Source of the DNA: Eledone cirrhosa
Taxonomy: Eukaryota
Reading direction: 5' to 3'
DNA length: 64,000 nt
NCBI GenBank assembly: GCA_964016885.1
Contig: OZ024745.1
Location: forward strand, 25,048,001-25,112,000
Positions 13,640 through 26,346 of this stretch are shown here, one piece after another. Position numbers and translations under genes: made by a program. Under the pieces are notes generated by a model that saw only the letters and a list, made by a program, of their open reading frames with translations, was not told the origin of the DNA and searched no databases. Each line of letters starts with the position of its first letter. The first letter of the stretch is position 1.

Positions 13640-13810
13640 AGCAGGCTAGTAGAACTCTGGCCCCATCAGGGAAGTGATCATGCTCAACATGTAGAAAAGG
13701 AGTAGGCAGGTACTCTACAATATACACAGTGTAAAACATACACAGATGTAGTGGGATTGTAGGCAGACTAACAGAAAAAATGGTCTTTCTATGTCGGCGA
13801 TGCACGTGGG
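13640..13810 (+). mobile_element. RTE internal fragment (PHD-like finger region)
   Basis: PSGK*SCSTCRKGVGRYS...HRCSGIVGRLTEKMVFLCRRC, homologous to ~20040-20200. Confidence 0.7.
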
Positions 13811-14118
13811 TTAGTAGTGAGAATACATATGTGTTATATTTATATATATATATATATAATATATAGTAAGAAACACAGTAAACCGTGTCTAAAATTACAA
13901 GGGTTGAAAAACCACATATGCTTGAAATATTTAACCAAGAAACAGACAGGATGACAGAATGAAAATAAAAATATATTATCATAATACAAACCGCCTCAAT
14001 AACCATTATATCTCTCGGACAGATTATCCCTAATCTGTTTCGCCCTGATATATATATATATACATGCACACGTGTTATGTATATATATATATACACATAC
14101 ATACACGTGTTATATATA

Positions 14119-16180
14119 TTAGGGTGGGTCGAAATTTTATATTCTGATTCCACATATTGCTTGGTGTGAGAAATAAATTGACAAAAAGTATGCGATCACC
14201 CCTACCCCTCATATACCCCCCCCCCCCCCCAATTCAGTTTTGAATACTGAAAATTTAAGGAAATGTAAACTTGTTTTAATGCTATTAACTTTATATTGGT
14301 TAAATATTACCTATATAACTTTTTATAAATTATATGCCCCCCCCCCCCTCACACACACCCCTGGAAGAAACAGTTACTGGAACCTATTAATTTATATAGT
14401 TTGTATTGATTTTTTTCTATAAAAAAAAGCTTATATTAAGAAAAACTTTCAATGTATAAATAATGTAAACTCTTAATGACTATTATGATATGCAATAAAA
14501 AAAAATATGTACGAACCTCAAATGAAAGACATGAACAGTTAACACCATAAAATAAGCATTAACAGTATTTATTTAATTAAATGACCATTGTCGTTTCCAG
14601 TCAAAGTGAGGTAAACTGTCTTGATTTCTGTACATTTGATATAAATTTGTGCCTATTTTTGTAGCCTATTCTGACTTCAGAAGCTTTTGTCACTAAATTG
14701 ATAGCATGTTAGATTCCTTGGCTATGACAGAAAAGAGGTATTGCTATTAATAATCCTGAACGAGCTTTAAGAAGATCGACATTTGTAAAGTTCTGTAAAA
14801 CTCGTGGGGATGTTATAACTTCATTTTCCCAGTTAATCAAAACGACATAATTCTGTGCTTCAAAATTAATTTTGTTTGGTAGTTTGAAATTTCTTAATCC
14901 TTCAAGGGGCATTCAGGGAAAGGTTCTTGCTTTAATAATTCGCTGAATTGCTTCTTCCCTAATTTGTCTTCTTCCATCATTCAGCATAGTCAGTAAAATA
15001 TTCTCTGGATGGGCAAAATATAAATTAGTTTTTTAACAATTTCTCCATAATTTCTTTATGATCTTGGTTCATATCTTGCCTTAGATGTGCCATATACCAA
15101 AAATTACTTGCTCCTTCATGTAACTTTGGGTGAGATTTAATCTAGAACTAGCTTGGAGCATAAACTTGCATTATGATTTTAACAAGATCCTTAATGTTCT
15201 TATGGAGATATTTTCCTAAACATATAAGCAAAGAATTTTGTTTGCACGTGTTAACCACCTTGCATGATGGATTTTACCAGGTGATGTTGCTGCTAACTGC
15301 TCAGAAACAACCCGTCTCAATACTGAGGCACATTTCATACAGATATTTTTGATCTGAGCTTAAAGTATCAACAACTTCTAATGGTAATTCCTTCACTTTA
15401 GTTTTTACTGGAGAAAATTTGATTATCTTTAAGTTTGTTTCATCTTCTTTAATTTTATTGCTAATTAAGCCTCTTGATGGTCGTGGTCCTGTTGTTTTTC
15501 CATCTATAGATTCAAATATGTCTCGATATGGAACTCATATGTATGGAGCAAGAATATCAGCCACTGAAGTGGTTTATTTAAGTATAATTCAATTATTTTA
15601 ATTACCCCTCCTAAAAGACCAGTGTTTACTGGAGTGCCATCAAATAATACAGCCTTTAAACTTTCTTGACTGTCAGAATCAATTAAAAAAGTAATAATTT
15701 CCTCTGCAATGCAACAGCTGTTCCATTATTTTGGGAAATGTGATCTAAATACTCATCACTGGGCTCTTTCACAATAACATAGTGTTCTTCACTTTCCATC
15801 CCTCTTGCTGTTTTAGTTTTATCCTCTCTGCCTTCAAAACCGATGCAGTCGAGCTTTGTATTTTCTGTTTTCATTTTTATAATGTTTTTTCCAACTCTTT
15901 CTCTTTCAACTTTTTTTTATCTAGCATATTTGTATCATTGGTAGACACCCACAAGATTATTAACCATTTTGTCAACAACAATCCTGAGCACCTTTTTGAA
16001 TTCCATGTGTCTAACACCTGTGAATATGCCTACAAAATCAGAAAACAGCACAACTCCCGTAACTTTTGGAAACATTTTTTTCACTCAAAGTTGCTGAAAC
16101 ATGAAACAAACTACCTGCATCAGTTGTTAGCTGTCAGGCCACTGCAAGCTTCCTGAAATTCGCCAACACTACACCTAAAA
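14119..16180 (-). mobile_element. Decayed hAT-superfamily (hATm-like) DNA transposon
   Basis: Minus-strand pieces DGTPVNTG..GGVI..IE..LNKPLQWLI, SDQKYLY, PGKIHHARWLTRAN, FAHPENILL and FCHSQGI*..INLVTKAS. The TTAGGGTGGGTCG terminus is at 14119; the opposite end is unclear. Confidence 0.7.
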
Positions 16181-16666
16181 TTCCCCCCTCCATACACACG
16201 TGTGTGTGTATCATGACTCATTAAAAGTGGGTGCTCACAAATGACTTTTTTGCGCATATTATCAATGAATATGACGTGGAAAGCTCTCGCGGTCCTGACT
16301 CTTCATATTACCCACTCTACTACGCTAAGTATTGAGTACTCTGGTGCGTTATGGTCCACGTGGTATCTTACCACACCCCCTTTCTATACATATTTATATA
16401 TATTGTTTTACTTTGAGGCGGTCATGCTACCGATAAAAATACATGCACTTGTTGGTTCTCACTTCAGTTTATTATAAACTCCCTGTAGGTTTGTTTGATA
16501 ACAGAATGGTTGTTTAGTTGCTGATTGTCAAAGCTCATTCGTCACACATTCTGTGACCTCCTCAGTGACTAGCTTTGTTGACATTTTGTGTCTCTCCTAT
16601 GTTCTGTACTGCACCATCTTGATTTTGTGTTCACAATGCTATAACTGGATGCCAGCTTTATCATGT

Positions 16667-16748
16667 GTTAGTGTGGCCAAGCGGGCTAAAGTGCTGGTTT
16701 AAGGCACCAGTCTCTTAGGAGGCGTTTGTTTGAATCCCACCACTGCCA
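16667..16748 (+). pseudogene. tRNA-Leu(AAG), degenerate
   Basis: 82 nt collinear with eukaryotic tRNA-Leu: anticodon arm CTGGT-TTAAGGC-ACCAG, long variable arm, mutated T-loop (GTTTGAATC), downstream T-run. Confidence 0.8.
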
Positions 16749-17217
16749 ATTATCTTTTTTTGTCATATAAGATGATGCTGACATTTAGGGACACCGGTTG
16801 TTGTCTATACACATACATTGTATCGTTCCTACAAAAGATAAAGAGCGTTTCTTTTTAAATGTATCTGATGTCCTTGACTGCAGGGTTTTCTCAGAGCCTG
16901 AAAAGAAAACACTCACAGACACCCACCCACAACACACAACCATATACGCTCACACACAAATACATACAGATTCCACTCATGGTACTGTTAGACAAACAAA
17001 AGTTCTAATTGAAATTTAAACCACTATAAAAAATTATTGGTTTTAAAACTTTTGATAATGGCAATTATTTTTAAGTAACATAAGGGAAACAACTTTTGAT
17101 TTAACAATTGAGTCTTTCAACATTTTCCAATATCAACTAATTTTAATTGTCATAAGTGAAATATTTTCAAACAAGAAATATTGTTAAAAGTACAATACAA
17201 TAGCTGAGTTATCATAC

Positions 17218-17299
17218 GGTAGTGTGGATGAGTGGTCTAAGGTGCTGGTTTTAGGCACCAGTCTCTCCGGAGACATGGGTTCGAATGCCAATGCTGTTA
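17218..17299 (+). pseudogene. tRNA-Leu(TAG), degenerate
   Basis: 82 nt: GGTAGTGTGG..GGTCTAAGG, anticodon arm CTGGT-TTTAGGC-ACCAG, GGTTCGAAT; acceptor and T stems disrupted. Confidence 0.8.
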
Positions 17300-18299
17300 T
17301 TTATATTTTGTAAATAGACATAACCAGTGGTGGACTGGCCAAGTTGCCCAATGGCAAGTGGACCCCAGGTAATAATTGCAGAAGCCCACTGTAGTATTTT
17401 AAAAGTCAATGCTTTGCTTTCAAAAAATATCTTTAAAAAAAAAGTCTTAGAGAAAGAATAACATTTTTTTTTAAATAAATAAACGCAAAGCATTTGGTCA
17501 AACAATTCCCTAGGGAATTAATAAAGACCAAAATATATGATAGTGCTAACAATTGGAATAACTGGTTATCTACATTTATAGCTTACTGTATTCATTCATA
17601 CATACATACATACATACATACATACATGGACACACACACGTATATATATTTACACATACACACGAGCTGCTGGCCAAATAATTTTTGATACCAATGGGTT
17701 AAAGACATACGTAAAATCAATTAGTGGTCAGTTCTTCAGTCTAAAGTCTCTAGGGAGAATGAGTCGCCAAATGATTTTTGTACGAGTTGATATATACACA
17801 CATACACAAACTTCCACATATATATATTGAGAGAGTATGAAAGACTGAAGGTCATTATTGAAAGTCTCTGGATGTGTATATTTCGCAAGGTACTTTATAT
17901 ATTTTTATTGGAGAAGGCAACAACAGTCACTTGCATACTCTACTCTAAATAACAGTATACTATACATTCACAATTATTTAAAAATTCAATATAACATTCT
18001 GTATTAACATTTAGCATTACTGTATACTGCCAGTAATATATACACAATAATTAGTATATACATACAAAGTCTTGCTTTTCTATTAGTCTACTGTTATCCC
18101 ACTACATCTCTTGTGTACTCAAGATTTACATTGTGTATACTGTATGGAGTTTATGCTTACTCTTTACATATGGAGCAAGGCCACTTCCCTGAGCGGCTCA
18201 AAGTCTTACCTTCTTTCCTACTCACCAGTACTTAAACTAAATTTACTCTCAGATCTTTTGATTCAAAATTACGTTTCCATACTTATTTTCTAGTTGTTT

Positions 18300-18591
18300 T
18301 ATGGATTCAGCTATAAGGATCAAATCATCTGCATAGAGAGGTTCCCATGGACAGCCAGTTTTAAGCTCTTCTGTTGTGGACTAAGAACCAAACCTTGAAG
18401 AAATCCTACCAGAACCTTTCTACTCTCACTTTACCGACATCACCTTTGTACATGGTTTGCACTGTTCTCACAAGCCATTCTTCTACATATAATTTCCTTA
18501 AGGATGTCATAACCTTTTCTGTGACTTTCATAACTTGATCCATTAGTTTTGTACCTCTGTAGTTGCTCCTTTCTAGAGCATCACCTTTGCC
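18300..18591 (-). mobile_element. Older RTE fragment, continuing at ~21363-21600, split by the RTE-A insertion
   Basis: GKGDALERSNYRG..LMDQVMKVTEK on the minus strand; the preceding WCSS segment lies at 21363-21400. Confidence 0.7.
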
Positions 18592-21362
18592 TTGAGGACT
18601 ATCCTCAGGAGAAAAATATGGAAGCTAAAGGACCCCATAGCCAGAAATAAATTTCAAAGCATATTACTTGACGCTTTCGACAGTAAGGAAGAGCAATTAG
18701 AGTCGTATAATATAGAGGAACAGTGGGAATTCCTGAGAGCAAACCTGCTGACGGCGGCAGACGAAGTCTGTGGCTGGAGCAGGCCTGTAGGTAGGAGGAG
18801 AGTAACATGGTGGTGGAACAGTAAGGTGGAGGAGTCAATTAAGGCCAAAAAGCAGGCTTGGAAAGTATGGCGGGATGGGGGAAGTAGAGAAGACTATCAA
18901 GTGGCCAGGAGGGAAGCTAGGAGACAAGTGTACTTCGCAAGAAGGGAAGCAGAGGAAAGAAAGTTCAAGCATGTTCTACAACGTGAGGTGTTCAGGATTG
19001 CCAGGCAATGTGTCAAGGAAAACCGTGATATTGTCGGGGAGAAGTGTGTACTTAACGATGATGGCATACTTGCCATCACCGACGCTGATAAGAAGGTAGC
19101 TTGGAAGTGTCACTACGAAAGGCTTCTAAATGAGGAGAACAAATGGGAGAAAGACAGTCTCCCCCAGATCGATCCAATAGAGGGACCAGCAGTGTTAGTT
19201 GAAGGTAGTATAATAAGTAAGGCAATCAAAGATATGAAGACGGGTAAGGCGGCTGGGCCTTCGGAAATAGTTGCTGAGATGCTGAAGGCATCTGGTTCGG
19301 TGGGACACACCATGGTCACCCGGATAGTTAACCAAGTCGTACAGAATGGGGTTGTTCCGAAGGAATGGCGTAGCAGCATCATCGTTAACTGCTATAAGGG
19401 AAAAGGAGATGCCCTAGATAGGAGTAACTATAGAGGCATTAAATTAATCGACCAGGTCATGAAGGTCACGGAAAAAGTAATAGCGCAACTAATCAGAGAG
19501 AGAATTGATCTAGATGAAATGCAGTTCGGGTTTGTGTCAGGCAAAAGTACCACAGACGCTCTTTTCATTGTACGACAACTACAGGAGAAGTACCTAGCTA
19601 AAAGTAAACCCCTATACTTAGCTTTCGTCGACTTGGAGAAAGCCTTCGACAGAGTCCCCCGTTCCATTATCTGGTGGTCTCTTAGAAAACTAGGTGTTGA
19701 CGAATGGCTTGTGAGAGCTATACAAGCCATGTATAAAGAAACAGTCAGTAAGGTTAGAATTAACAACGAATATAGTGAAGAGTTTAGCGTAAAAGTTGGT
19801 GTCCATCAGGGCTCTGTTCTTAGCCCCTACTATTTATTATTGCCCTTCAGGCTATAACAGAGGAGTTCAAGACCGGCTGCCCATGGGAACTCCTATACGC
19901 AGATGATCTAACGCTCATAGCTGAATCAATGACCGAACTAGAGAAGAAATTCCAAACATGGAAGCACGGCCTAGAATCAAAAGGCCTTAAAATTAACCTG
20001 GCTAAGACTAAAGTTCTAGTTTGTAGGAAAGAAAATAAGGCAGCGGTCCCATCTGGGAAATGGCCATGCTCAGTGTGTAGGAAAGGCGTAGGTAGAAACT
20101 CCATTTTATGTCCCAAATGCAAAGTATGGGTGCATAAAAGATGTAGTGGGATCACAGGTAAGCTAACTAAGAACATAGATTTTACATGTGGCCGGTGCTC
20201 TGGTGCAATAAGTAGCAGCAAGTGCCCACGAAATACTAGCTCCTTCAACTGCGCAGAGGGTTCTATAGAAATAGTGGACAGCTTCCGTTATCTGGGTGAC
20301 AAAATCAGCAGTGGGGGAGGGTGCTCTGAAAGTACAGTAGCTAGAGTCAGAACTGGATGGAAAAAGTTCAGAGAGCTTATACCACTATTAGCCGCTAGAG
20401 GGTTCTCCCTAAAAATGAAAGGCAGGTTATACGATGCCTGATACGAACAGCAATGCTGCATGGCAGTGAGACCTGGGCATTGTGTGCAGAGGATATACGC
20501 AGACTAGAGAGGAACGAAGCTTGCATGCTCCGCTGGATGTGCAATAGTAATATACGTGAACGGCAAAGCATAAACGAACTAAGGAAAAAATTAGAAATAA
20601 GAGGGATCAGATGTTGTTTACTCGAGAGAAGGCTACGTTGGTACGGTCACGTGATGCGCATGAAAGACGACAGCTGTATAACAAAGTGCAGGGCAATAAA
20701 GATAGACGGTAGCCACGGAGTAGGCAGACCCAGAAAAACATGGGACGAGCTGATAAATTCCGACCTCACACGCTTACACCTCTCCAAGACAATGTCACTG
20801 GACCGAGACCTTTGGCGGTACTCAGTAATAGAGAAGACCCGCCTTACCTAAATACAAAGTAAAAACCTACTACAGTCAGTAGGCATCTCTATCAAAACAC
20901 ACCCCCGTCCCACCACCTCCACCCCACCCACACCGCCCCTTTCAATGTAAAGTTATGTTGGTCCCACAACATCCAGGCCGAAACAAATGAGATCGTGTAG
21001 GTGTCACGACAAAAAACACACAGTCCACGCTGTAAATGTGGCCGTGTAGGCAACACGGTAAAAACCTCCCAGCCCCACACTGTAAATGTGGTTGGTGTTA
21101 GGAAGGGCATCCAGCTGTAGAAAACCCGCCAGACAGTCCACGCTGTAAATGTGGCCGTGTAGGTAACACGGTAAAAACCTCCCAGCCCCACACTGTAAAT
21201 GTGGTTGGTGTTAGGAAGGGCATCCAACTGTAGAAAACCCGCCAGACAGTCCTATGCGAGCAAGACAACCACTCTTGCCTCAAGTGGGAAAACCCCCGTC
21301 CAAACCCATGCAAGCGTGGAACACGGACGCTAAACCTGATGATGATGATGATGATGATGATG
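18592..21362 (+). mobile_element. RTE LINE family A, 5'-truncated, few lesions
   Basis: RT motifs (NYRGIKL, QFGF, FVDLEKAFD, GVHQGSVLSP, LLYADD, FRYLG), a frameshift near 19830, a stop at 20439-20441, ORF end at 20851, 3'UTR and (GAT)n tail. Confidence 0.92.
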
Positions 21363-21699
21363 ACTGCTGCACCAGTAATTGGGTATGGCTCTGTCTTGTA
21401 TTACCTGATTGACTGGTTACTAGTTCAACTGCTACTTCTCCCGATGCTTTTAGCAGCTCAGCAACTACCTCTGACGGCCCCGTAGCTTTACCATTCTTTA
21501 TCTCTTTGACCCTATAGCTCTTCCTTCTGTTGGGTAAGTTGGGGGTAGTTTCTCTTCCTTCCATTCATTCTCTACATTCAACAATGTCTCATAGTAACAT
21601 TTCTAAACCTCTGTCTTTTGGGAAGTAGTGGTGCTTTGTTATATATCTGTGAGAACTCGGGCCAACAAAAGATATTTCAGCTTTAAAAAGGTAAAGGTA

Positions 21700-22310
21700 G
21701 GGCTCATAAATCCTGATAGATACTGTTCTCTAGATCAACAAATGCCAAGTAGGATTTGCTTTTAGCTAGGTATTTCTCCTGCAACAGAGCATCAGTAGTA
21801 CTGTTACCTGTGACAAATCTGAACTGCATCTCATCTAGGTTAATTCGTTCCCTGATCAGTTGTACAATAACTCTTTCTGCAACTTTCATGACCAGGTTCA
21901 TCAGTTTTATGCCTCGGTAGATCCCCCTGTCTAGGGCATCACACTTGCCCTTGTAGCAGTTGACGATGTTATTCTAATCATTGGTTATGGCACCATTTTG
22001 TATAACTTGGTTTACAATATGGGTGGTTATGGTGTGACCTACCATCTCAGCAACTATACCCAATGCTGCTGGTCCCTCCGTAGAGTCTACATGCAGCAGG
22101 CTATCTGTTGCCCACTCATCAGTCTCTCATCATGACACTTCCATGCTGCCTTCTTTTCAGTTTCAGTGAGGGCAAGTGCACCATTATCCCAGACACATTT
22201 CTCCCCAACATCACTATTTTCTCTGACACATTGTATCACATGCATAAACTTCTTACTTTTTGCCTCTCTCTTGGCTACTTGGTAAACTTCTCTGCTACCC
22301 CCATTTTAGC
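21700..22310 (-). mobile_element. Old RTE RT fragment
   Basis: VMKVAERVIVQLIRERINLDEMQF..LQEKYLAKSK..LAFVDLE. Confidence 0.75.
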
Positions 22311-25109
22311 ATTCTTTACATGCATTAGCATGGAAAATGAATGTTAAACAATGATGATGTACATATTGATATATATATAGAGAGAGAGAAATTATCAATT
22401 TATACTGCAAGAGAGAGACAGAGATAGAGAAACCAGTGAATAGACAGAATTACAATTACCATCAAATATTATCATCAATATTTATTTCCATACATAACAT
22501 GACAGAACAGTTTATCAAAGCAGTAGATAAAAAACCTTACATCTTTTAAGTCTAATCAAGGTCGTATCAAATATCAACATTCACTCAGGAAAGGGGTGAA
22601 AATTTAGGGTATTTTTTGTTGTTTTGTTTATTTCTCAGACTCATAGGCTCTCATTCTATGATTTCTTTTCCTGAGACTCATTTCTTACTGAGATTAGAGT
22701 TTCTAAACCAAGATTAAAGATGAAAAATAGATAATGAAATAGTTATTATTATTTCTTTATTTCCATTGTAAAAATAAGAGAAAAAAAAGGAAAGTAGCCA
22801 ATTATTAGATGAGACCAAAGAAAATGTTTTCTTTGGTCTTTCCATTGGTGATACTGTCTGCTGGTTGCAACCGTTGGCAGAAGAAAAGGGACAATCATTA
22901 GATCGGACGAAGTAAAACATGTTTCCATTGGTCTTTCATCAATAGCCGGAATTATCTGCCTGCAACAACTCGTGGCAGGATTTGAACTCAGAATACAGAG
23001 AGCCAGATCCGATACCGACTCATTAACAATTCTGCCAAACATTGTCACTGGACTGATTACCTTATTTATTGGCGTTGAAAGGATAAAGAACAAAGTTGAC
23101 CTCAGAGAGCAGTGAGCCAGGCATATATTCTGATGTCCAAACGACTACCAATGAGCTGCCTTTTAAAGTTGATTTACATAGCATCATCATACCAGTGGTG
23201 AGCTGATATAATCACAATGATCTTTCATAACTTCTCTAAGTTCCCAGGCCAAAAATGTTAGTCCATGTGTAGAATGGTGGCACTGCCAAGCACTATCACT
23301 GGTGTCGAAGAAGGTTGATATCACAACAGAATGAGAATCCTTTATCAAAAATACAATGTTCTAGAATTGTTGCAGATTTCAAATTTTTTTTTAAGCCCCA
23401 CCCAGGAGCTGGTGAAGTCACAAACATCTTCCACATGACACACAACTGAACATCACACTTGAAAACCTTTCCAGAGTTTTGTGAAATTTTCCATTCCATT
23501 TGCAGTGAGTCATGTCAACACTAGAAAAACTTCAGATAATGGATTCTTACCCCGTTATCACAATCACAACCTGATTGTCTTTGTGAAAGACAAACGAATA
23601 AAGACTGAACATTCCCTTGGTTTGATTTCAACCTGGGAAGGCAAGCTAAGAAGGTGAAGAGAGGACAAAATATATATGACAATATCATTATTAAAGACAT
23701 TGAAATTCTGTCAAATAAAATGGAAATATATATTTAAAGCAGGAAAAAAATATATATAAACCACACCAAACCCTCCAAACCCAGGGGGATACAACCCTAC
23801 CACCAACCTCCCCACAAACTTAAACATTTGAATGCATCACCTTTCAGCAGTAGACAGAGGTATTGTTCCTATATAGCAATAATGAGAAAGAGAATGATTC
23901 TAGCACCAACCAATAAAAAATAAAAATAAAAAATAATAATAAATAGAAACTGGTAAAATGGTAAGAATTTAGAATCCCACGTTTTTTCCCCAACTACATC
24001 GACTGAAAAGTACAAGTTGCAACGTGAGTGTATATATTATACATATATGTGTAGATATATAGATTTATTATATAGATTTCATTATTATTATTTATCATGT
24101 TTCATTCATCATCATCATTTCATTTTACGTCCGCTTTTCCCTGCTTGCAAGGGTGGGACGGGAACTGATTCTGGCTTGATTTCTACAGCTGGATGCCCTG
24201 TTTGTGTATGTATATATATATATATATATACACAATTTTGGTTGTAAGGTTTGCCAAAAGATATATAGAAGTCTGACAGGCTTAAAGACCCACAGTCGAA
24301 AACTTGATTCTCTTCAATAGTTAATGATGTTCTTCAGACACGAGTGGAAAGCAATCACATATATATAAATATATATATGTGTGTGTGTGTGTGTATATAT
24401 AAATATATATATGCATGTATATGTGTGTGAGAATAAAACTACCTTAATGTGTTTTGTGTCAATTTAACTGGCCTATTTAGCACTCATTATGAATGCAATC
24501 AACGACTATCATTAATTAGACTTAATTAACCTGACAATCTTTACTTTACATGTCAAATTATTTCGATTAAAATTCAATCTCTTTAAAGTTTGAAAATAAA
24601 ATTTTAAGAATTAAAAAAAAACATCAGCCCTTTAATCACCCCACCCTTACCACACACACAAAAATAGCTCTATTTAAATATTCAAATTCATATTCACACC
24701 TTCCACTGAAATCTCATTATATAAGCTGTTAGATTTGAATAGCTAAATATTTGCCTTATTAAATTGAAGGTTAGTTCAATAAACCTTTCATAATTATTGA
24801 ATATTTTCATAATCAAAACACAAAGACAGTATATTAGAAATATGGTAACAAAAAGGTTTATAGACCAATATATATGTCTTTTAGAAAATTATGGTCCCAA
24901 AACCACCTTAATCTTTTAAACACCAACCCACCAAAAAAAGCACCTCTATTAAAGTATTGAAATTTAAATTCAAATCTTGGACTGAAATCTCATTACATCA
25001 TCATCACTGTCGTTTAATATCCATTTTCAACACTGGCATGAGTTAGATAGGTTGTCACGTTATGAGACAAGTTAGGTCCAGAGACCACGTCTTGCTCATA
25101 CGGATCTGT

Positions 25110-25400
25110 AGAGCCACTACTTCTCTGAATTGAGAGATCACAGCTCCAATATTACAGACATCTGGTTAGAATGTTTTGGGAAAGAATTGCTGAACAGATT
25201 TTACAGGCAAAACCAGCCAGCAGGAGACCCAGGGGAAGACCCCAAGCAAGATGGCTGGATAACATCCATGAACTTGGATAGTCTCAATTGGGGATCCAGC
25301 TGGATCAGTTGAAAACAGTTACTTCTGACAGGACCTGCTGGAAGAAGTGTTTGAGGACTCTGCCCATTTATTCCTGAGAGGGTCGTGGGGCAAAGAAGAG
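25110..25400 (+). mobile_element. Expander/Rex3-like RTE 3' fragment
   Basis: HLVRM..ERIAEQILQAKPASRRPRGRPQARWLDNI..DRTCWKKCLRTLP. Confidence 0.6.
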
Positions 25401-26135
25401 AAAACAAAAAGACAGTATATAGTCTTATTACAAATATGATAACAAATGGGATAACAGTTTTATTGGACTGGGGCCATGCTAGAGCACTGCCACATTGAAG
25501 GGTTTCATCGACAATATCAACCCTACTACTTGTTGCTTGCAGCTTAGTGTTTAGTTTATCAGTCTTTATCGAATCACTGAATTTTGATATATAGTGATGT
25601 AACTTAACACTGCTGTACACACATACACACTTGTGCAGGGGGATGGGGGGGGATTAGTTTCAATGAGAAGTGTTCCAGCAAAAGAAAATGGCTGAACATT
25701 CCACAGACACCTCCACCCATAACACAGGGAAATTCAACATGATACTGTATGACAAGGCTGGCTCTGTGAATTGCAGGCAGAACTCATTTTTTCCAGCTGA
25801 AATAAAGTGTCTTGCTTAAGGACACAACTCATTGCTAGAAATTAAACTCATGACCAGTAATTTACACACCTTCATCCACACATATATGCATACTGGAATC
25901 ATGTATCTATATATGTATGTAATCATTTACAAATGCATTTGTAAGCATTAAGGTCTGAAGATCATCCAATAGATGTACATACATATATACCAATGCTAGC
26001 ATGATAAATGTTATGAAATAATCTACATCAGGTATGAAAACACCTGGCAGTGCTGCGTGATGTAGTGTAATATGTTAATATATATATATCGTTTACTGAT
26101 AAAGAGCTCTTACATTATTATTATGCTGCATTGAG

Positions 26136-26166
<31 letters not shown>

Positions 26167-26308
26167 TTTATAGTCAAATGACACCACCAACAGAATTCAA
26201 CATCAAAGATAGATGAGTTGTGTAACGTTGAGTGCTTTCCCACTATTACATCATGATTAACATTGCAGAATGGCCAATTCTACTCAGTGGTGAACCACCA
26301 AACTTAAA

Positions 26309-26346
<38 letters not shown>

